DNA from: Mycolicibacterium smegmatis
GTDB lineage: Bacteria > Actinomycetota > Actinomycetes > Mycobacteriales > Mycobacteriaceae
Reading direction: 5' to 3'
Assembly: GCF_001457595.1 (NCBI RefSeq)
Contig: NZ_LN831039.1
Span: 6,810,001-6,842,000, forward strand
Length of the DNA stretch: 32,000 nt
Part shown: positions 26,899 through 32,000 of the stretch, piece after piece
Layout of the letters: each line of letters starts with the position of its first letter
Position numbering within the stretch: the first letter of the stretch is position 1
Translations under genes and position numbers: made by a program
The notes under the pieces: model-generated
Database searches by the model: none
What the model was told of the DNA's origin: nothing
What the model saw: only the letters and a program-made list of their open reading frames with translations

Positions 26899-28287
26899 CT
26901 ATCCGGTGAAGCCTTCACCCGATGTCGACCGGTCGTGGTGGGTGTAGGTCAGCGGGATCTGGCGGCCCGCGGCGATCTTGTCGAGCATCGCGATGCGCTC
27001 GCGGGCGGCCGCTCCGGTCCGCTTGCGGTGCTCGCGAATGGGATTCGACCACGGAACGCGGTCGGCCAGCATCGCGACGCGGACGTTGAGCTTGGTCAGC
27101 CGCTCGAAGTTCTTCACCCGGCGGCGGATGTCGTAACCGAGCGGCTCGAACATCGTGTCCTTGAGCATGGCCTCGATCTGCCCGTAGCCGAACACCACGC
27201 CGGCAGGCGCGAACGCGATGGTGGCGGTGATGGTGTTGGCGTACTTGTAGATCACCTTCTTGAGCAGGCCGGGCAGTGTGTCGGTGAGGGTCTGCAGATG
27301 TTCCGGGCCCGCGACGGCGTCGACGAGTTCGGCGCGCCACGGTGACGGGTTGCCACCGCGGGCGAGAACGTAGTTGAGCGACTTGATCAGCTCGATCCCG
27401 TTCGGGGAGTAGAGACGTTCGGGCGCGCCCCACAACCGGCCGGAGAACGACGAGTACTCGGCGAGATCCTCCAACTGTTGCGGCGTGAGCTTGCGGCCGA
27501 ACGCGTGGTCCACCAGGCGGCCGAGCAACATGCCACTGCCGAATCCGAGCAGCGACGTCACCGGAATCGGTTCGCCGAATTTCAGATACAGGTCGTCACC
27601 CCATTTGCGCCGCAGACCACGGCTGGCCAGCGCGTGCATCAACCGCACCCGCACGACGTCACAGAAGGCCTCCGAGTGCCGGTCGAAGATCTCCGGCAGC
27701 GTGAATTCCGCGAACACCCGGGCCGTTTCGATGAACCGCCGCGGTCCGTCGTCGGCGAAACGTCCGGTCGCCCCGGTGGCCGCGGAGATGTCGCCGGTCA
27801 TCGCGGTCTCGTACACCGCCCACGCTCGGATGATCGTGGTCGCGGCGATCGTGCTCGACATCGCCAGCATCCGGCCGCGTTCGGCGGCAACAAGATCGAA
27901 CTGCTTGGGCAGGTTGTCGAGGTGTTCGAAGAGGTCGACGAGTTCCTGCGGCGGGTTTTCGACGGTGTCGATGCCCTGTGTCAGCGCCTGTTCGAACATC
28001 GCACGGCCCTGTTCGTGTCCGATGCGTTCGAAGGCGTCGACGACGCCGATCATGTGCTCGTCGCCCTGCCAGAAGTAGTCGTCGCGCAGGCGGGTGAGTT
28101 CGTTGGGTTCGACCTCTTTGTCGACGTCGATCCACTCCCCGAACATGATCTCGCGCATGCGGCGCCACTGGTCGGCGAAGTGGTCGCGGCCCGGCGGGAT
28201 GGGCCGCAGAGGCCGATCGGGGTGGTCGCGGCGGTTGAAGTCGACGTCGGTGAGGATGATCTCGGGACGCTCGCCGGTCACAGTCAT
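26899..28287 (-). CDS. Oxygenase MpaB family / DUF2236 protein
   Basis: 462 aa from the internal start (ORF track 28299); WQGDEHMIGVVDAFERIGHEQG, AATTIIRAWAVYETAMTGD, VVRVRLMHALASRGLRRKW. Confidence 0.75.
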   Translation of the reverse strand: MTVTGERPEIILTDVDFNRRDHPDRPLRPIPPGRDHFADQWRRMREIMFGEWIDVDKEVEPNELTRLRDDYFWQGDEHMIGVVDAFERIGHEQGRAMFEQALTQGIDTVENPPQELVDLFEHLDNLPKQFDLVAAERGRMLAMSSTIAATTIIRAWAVYETAMTGDISAATGATGRFADDGPRRFIETARVFAEFTLPEIFDRHSEAFCDVVRVRLMHALASRGLRRKWGDDLYLKFGEPIPVTSLLGFGSGMLLGRLVDHAFGRKLTPQQLEDLAEYSSFSGRLWGAPERLYSPNGIELIKSLNYVLARGGNPSPWRAELVDAVAGPEHLQTLTDTLPGLLKKVIYKYANTITATIAFAPAGVVFGYGQIEAMLKDTMFEPLGYDIRRRVKNFERLTKLNVRVAMLADRVPWSNPIREHRKRTGAAARERIAMLDKIAAGRQIPLTYTHHDRSTSGEGFTG

Positions 28288-28373
28288 GCAGCCACCCAAC
28301 CTGGATAGAGGACAGTGATCGAGACGTTAGCTCAGCTGACCGCAGATGTGAACCGTCATTCTCGAATGGTCGA

Positions 28374-29255
28374 TCACCTTCCGGTGCCGTTGTCGGCGGC
28401 CCACGACGCCAGGATCCGCAGCGACTCCTCCGCGGGTGAACCCGGTTGCGACTGGTAGACGACCAATTGTTGCCCGGGACTGCCCGAAACCGGGAACACC
28501 TCGAAGTGCAGATCGATATCGCCGATCACCGGGTGATGTAGCCGCTTGATCCCGTGCGACAGCTCGAACACGCGATGGTCGGCCCACCCGCGCCGGAACT
28601 CCGGGCTCTTGGCGGTCAGCTCACCGATCAGTGTCTGCAACCGCGCGTCTTCAGGGTGGTCCAGAAAGTGCCGCCGCAAGGTGGAAGCAACGTTCGCGGC
28701 CACGGTGTCCCAGTCGACGTAATGAGTGCGCGCCGCCGGATCGAGCAGCGCCCAGTGTGCGAGGCTGCGCGCGTTGCCGGTCTTGCGGGTGAAGTCGGCC
28801 AGCAGCGCCCGCGCGAGATCGTTCATGTCGAGGACCTCCATGCCGACCCCGAGGACGTAGACGGCCCGGTCGGGTACGGCCCGTACGAGATCCCGGATGG
28901 TCGCCCGGACTTTCGCCCGAGAAGCCTTGGGTGCGCGATGAATTCGGGCGTCTCGTCGCGACAACAGGTCGAACAGGTACGTCCGCTCTGTCTCGTCGAG
29001 CTGCAACGCGTCGGCCAGTCCCGCGATCACGGCGTCCGACGCCGACCGCACCTTGCCCTGTTCCATCCGCGTGTAGTAGTCCACGCTCACGCCGGCCAGC
29101 GCCGCGACCTCGCTGCGCCGCAAACCAGGTACCCGCCGCTCGGCGACCCTCGCCGCGGCGGGCAGCCCGACGCTGTCGGGCCGCAGCCGTGCCCGCGCAG
29201 CACGCAAGAAACCCGCGAGCGCCTGCGGCAGCGCCTCCACCGGCCGTTGCTCCAT
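28374..29255 (-). CDS. Helix-turn-helix (XRE-like) regulator with MmyB-type ligand-binding domain
   Basis: 293 aa; FLRAARARLRPDSVGLP...RVPGLRRSEVAALAGVSVDYYTRMEQGKV, WALLDPAARTHYVDWDTVAANVASTLR. ATG at 29255. Confidence 0.9.
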   Translation of the reverse strand: MEQRPVEALPQALAGFLRAARARLRPDSVGLPAAARVAERRVPGLRRSEVAALAGVSVDYYTRMEQGKVRSASDAVIAGLADALQLDETERTYLFDLLSRRDARIHRAPKASRAKVRATIRDLVRAVPDRAVYVLGVGMEVLDMNDLARALLADFTRKTGNARSLAHWALLDPAARTHYVDWDTVAANVASTLRRHFLDHPEDARLQTLIGELTAKSPEFRRGWADHRVFELSHGIKRLHHPVIGDIDLHFEVFPVSGSPGQQLVVYQSQPGSPAEESLRILASWAADNGTGR

Positions 29256-29419
29256 GAACCCAGGGTCGCACGCGGATCGTCGCAGGTCCTGCCCGTGGGT
29301 AGCCCAATTCGACCTAGGCAGCACACGGCACCTTCGCCCGTTTCCACCCGGTGGCAATCGACGTTGACTGGAAACGCAGGCAAGCCCAACCAGCCAGCCC
29401 AACCAGCGAAGGAGCCAAT

Positions 29420-30122
29420 GTGCCGGACCGGCAGTACACGCGGTTCCGCCTCGTGCGGAACCGCGCGGTTCTCCGGGTGGTGTTCGACCACCCGCCGATG
29501 AACCTGTTCGACCAGACCATGATCAGCGAGTGCAGCGCGTTGTTGGATGATCTGCGCGCCGACCGCAGCGTGCGGGTGGTCCTGTTCAGCAGCGCCGGTC
29601 CCGACTTCTTTCTCGGCCATGCCGATCTGTCGCTGTTCTTGGCGCCGCGCGAGGGCGTACCGCCGAAACCGGTCCGACTTACTTTGCTGCAGGATCTCTT
29701 CGAGCGTCTGCGCACGGTGCCGCAGGCGACGATCGCGGTCGTCGAGGGCAGGGCGACCGGCGCCGGGGTGGAACTCGTGACGTCGTGCGACATGGCGTTC
29801 GCCGCGCGCGGGAGGGCCGTGCTCACATTGTTCGAAACCGCCGTCGGTGTGCTTCCCGGCGCGACCGGCACCCAGCGGCTCCCCCGGCTGATGGGTCGGC
29901 AACGGTCCCCCGAGATCGTGCGGATCCCCCGTCATCGTGCCCATCCCGGGCACCACCTCGACCGGTCATCTACGCGACAACATCTCGGCGGCCTAAGTAT
30001 CCGACCGCCTCACCGATGCCGAGGTCGCCGCACTCACCGCGGTCGAGGACGAACAGGGCGCAACCCTGGGCACCATGCCCGGCCGGATGCTCGACGCGTT
30101 CACCCGCGCGATCGGTGCGTGA
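29420..30122 (+). pseudogene. Enoyl-CoA hydratase N-terminal part fused/abutted to an aldo-keto reductase C-terminal remnant in another frame
   Basis: GTG 29420 (RBS GGAG) encodes crotonase sequence up to GTQRLPRLMGRQRSPEIV (~29920). From ~29925 frame 0 reads SPVIVPIPGTTSTGHLRDNISAA* VSDRLTDAEVAALTAVE..., typical of AKR C-termini, with an in-frame TAA at 29994-29996. Confidence 0.7.
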
Positions 30123-30133
30123 GTGGATGAGTG

Positions 30134-31132
30134 TCAGGCGCAACCGCACGAATTGCGGTGGTGGAACGTCGTCGGCACCCGGATGTGCTGCGCTGCACCG
30201 TCATCCCCCTGGATACGTCGCAGCAACAGTTCGACCGCGGTGGCACCGATGGTCTCGACGTCCTGCGCGGCCGCGGTGAGCTTGGGCTCGAACAGATCCG
30301 ACCACTCGAAGTCGTCGTAGCAGACGAACGCCACATCCCCCGGGATCGACAGTCCCAGACGGCGGATCGCCTTGAGGGTGCCGATGGTCATGGCGTTGTT
30401 CATCGACACCAGCGCGGTCGGGCGATCGGCGCTCGACATCAGCGCGTACACGCCGCGCTCGGCGGCCTCGGTGTTGGATTCACCGTCGACGATCAACGAC
30501 GCGTCGAGGTCGATCCCGCGATCGGACAGCGCCGCGACGTATCCGTCGAAACGTTCGGTGGTCGACGAAATCCCGGCGAGACCACGCACCACACCGACCC
30601 TCGTGTGCCCGATGTCGAGCAGATGGTCGGTCAATGCCTTCGCCGACGACTCGTTCTCCGGGCCCACCTGATCGCTCTCGATGTCGGCGCCGCGGTCGAT
30701 GAGCACCAGAGGCGTTCCCGCACGCGCGATCTCAGGAAGGGAGGCGCGCTCCGACCCGGCAGCGGGCGCTACGATCATGCCGTCGACCTTGCGGCCGAGA
30801 AGCGAATCGACCACGCGCTTCTCGGATTCCGCCTCGTCGTGGGAGTCACCGACGATCAGCACGTACCCGGCGTCGGACAGTGCCCGCTCGACGGCGTGCA
30901 CCAGGCTCCCGAAGTAGGGGTTGGTCAGCGCCGAGATAGACAGGCCGACGGTGTTGGTGCGTCCGGCGGCGAGTGCCCGCGCGACGACATTGCGCCGGTA
31001 CCCGGTCTGCTCGATCGCCTCCTCGACGCGAAGCCGGGTCTCGGCATTGACCTTGCGCGTGCCGTTGAGCACGTGCGACACCGTGGATGTCGACACGCCG
31101 GCAAGCCGGGCGACGTCATCCATCGTGGTCAC
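30134..31132 (-). CDS. LacI family transcriptional regulator
   Basis: 332 aa; TMDDVARLAGVSTSTVSHVLNGTRKVNAETRLRVEEAIEQTGYRRN and periplasmic-binding-like domain. Alternative ATG start at 31123. Confidence 0.95.
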   Translation of the reverse strand: MTTMDDVARLAGVSTSTVSHVLNGTRKVNAETRLRVEEAIEQTGYRRNVVARALAAGRTNTVGLSISALTNPYFGSLVHAVERALSDAGYVLIVGDSHDEAESEKRVVDSLLGRKVDGMIVAPAAGSERASLPEIARAGTPLVLIDRGADIESDQVGPENESSAKALTDHLLDIGHTRVGVVRGLAGISSTTERFDGYVAALSDRGIDLDASLIVDGESNTEAAERGVYALMSSADRPTALVSMNNAMTIGTLKAIRRLGLSIPGDVAFVCYDDFEWSDLFEPKLTAAAQDVETIGATAVELLLRRIQGDDGAAQHIRVPTTFHHRNSCGCA

Positions 31133-31779
31133 GGCACACGCACGATCCGGTCCGCGCGACCTGCGGTCGACTCGATCAGCTGCGCGTTGCGCTCGTCTGG
31201 CCCGAGTGCCCAGCGTTCGGCGTCCTGCGGGGATTTCCCGAACGCCTCATGACGACGCCGCAGGCGGTCGCGGCGGACCTCGGTGTCGAGCGTCAGGAAC
31301 CACACCTCGTCGATGCACGACCGCGCCGTCGGCCACGCATCACGGTCCAGCAGAAGGTAATTGCCCTCGGTGACCACCAGCGGCACCGTCGACGGAACCG
31401 GGATCGACGAGGCGATGGACTCCTCGATCTCCCGGTGGAACCGCGGTGCGTACACCACCGGGTCACCGACGCGCTGCGCCCGCAGCGTAGCGATCAACCG
31501 CGCGTACCCGCCGTCGTCGAAGGTGTCGTGTGCGCCCTTGCGGTCGCGCCGGCCGAGGTCGATCAGCACCTCGTTGGCCAGGTGGAAGCCGTCCATGGGA
31601 ACCAGAACGGCGACCTCCGGTCCCAGCGCGGCCACAAGTTGTTCGGCGACCGTGGACTTCCCGGCCGCCGGCGCGCCGGTGAGGCCGAGGATGCGGCGTT
31701 CGCCGGGAACGACGAGTGCTTTCGCCCACTCGACCATCTGGTCCAGTGTGGCCTCCTGCACGTCCTGCACGTTGGTCAC
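31129..31779 (-). CDS. P-loop nucleoside/nucleotide-type kinase (uridine/pantothenate-kinase-like)
   Basis: 216 aa from GTG 31779; Walker A GLTGAPAAGKST, PMDGFHLANEVL, EGNYLLLD, EVWFLTLD. Stop overlaps the LacI start; start overlaps the upstream stop (GTGA). Confidence 0.88.
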   Translation of the reverse strand: MTNVQDVQEATLDQMVEWAKALVVPGERRILGLTGAPAAGKSTVAEQLVAALGPEVAVLVPMDGFHLANEVLIDLGRRDRKGAHDTFDDGGYARLIATLRAQRVGDPVVYAPRFHREIEESIASSIPVPSTVPLVVTEGNYLLLDRDAWPTARSCIDEVWFLTLDTEVRRDRLRRRHEAFGKSPQDAERWALGPDERNAQLIESTAGRADRIVRVP

Positions 31780-32000
31780 CGTTCTCGCTTTCGAATCTGA
31801 TCGGGGAGTTTGCTCAACCACGCCCGTGGCCCGACCACCGAACACCGTAATGCCGCAACGCGCGACGAGCGATCGATGCGCTCGGCAACACCGCTGTCGG
31901 AGCGCGTCGAATAGTAGGCGTACGCGCCGTGGAACGCGTCACCGGCACCCAGGGTGTCGGCCACCGTCACCGGCGGCACCGGCACCTCACCGGATTCACC
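31776..32000 (-). CDS. PfkB/ribokinase-family carbohydrate kinase, C-terminal part (truncated by window edge)
   Basis: Frame open to 32000; VTVADTLGAGDAFHGAYAYY is the PfkB signature (GAGDAF). Confidence 0.85.
   Translation of the reverse strand, partial: GESGEVPVPPVTVADTLGAGDAFHGAYAYYSTRSDSGVAERIDRSSRVAALRCSVVGPRAWLSKLPDQIRKRER

Noticed and set aside
28094-28373. Possible small RNA gene or tRNA near 28300-28370
   Set aside because: No cloverleaf-compatible sequence or clear promoter/terminator pair seen.
1-32000. Mobile element, prophage, toxin-antitoxin or CRISPR system
   Set aside because: No transposase, integrase, spaced direct-repeat array, phage module or TA-like small gene pair could be supported.

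Overview
High-GC actinobacterial (Mycobacterium-like) chromosomal window, densely coding. I saw no tRNA/rRNA genes, CRISPR arrays or transposases. Main blocks: (1) 1-7.4 kb, a divergent secondary-metabolism-like locus. A KS-AT type I PKS (truncated at the window edge), a flavin-dependent halogenase-like protein with a degenerate WxWxIP motif, and a Kef/CPA2-type antiporter lie on the minus strand. Two SnoaL-like proteins and a MetX-like alpha/beta hydrolase lie on the plus strand. The bidirectional intergenic region holds two copies of a palindromic operator-like element. (2) 7.5-12.7 kb, a CoA-transferase / enoyl-CoA hydratase / MHS transporter / LysR / second enoyl-CoA hydratase block. The last gene appears to carry a 1-nt frameshift at its 5' end. 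(3) 12.7-19.5 kb, assorted genes: secreted small protein, maleylpyruvate-isomerase-like, PhzF, long-linker lipase with an unusual 16-bp inverted repeat upstream, hypothetical, beta-lactamase-like hydrolase, RibD-C/DHFR-like. (4) 19.4-26.9 kb, a sugar-acid/tetrulose catabolic cluster: TIM paralog, RpiB-like, DhaK-DhaL kinase, GntR, AP-endonuclease-2-type TIM barrel, 3HCDH-like dehydrogenase, GntP permease. A shared candidate GntR operator ATCCTATNNGAT lies at both promoters. (5) 26.9-32 kb, MpaB/DUF2236 protein, HTH regulator, a decayed enoyl-CoA hydratase / aldo-keto-reductase chimera, and a LacI / P-loop kinase / PfkB kinase operon.
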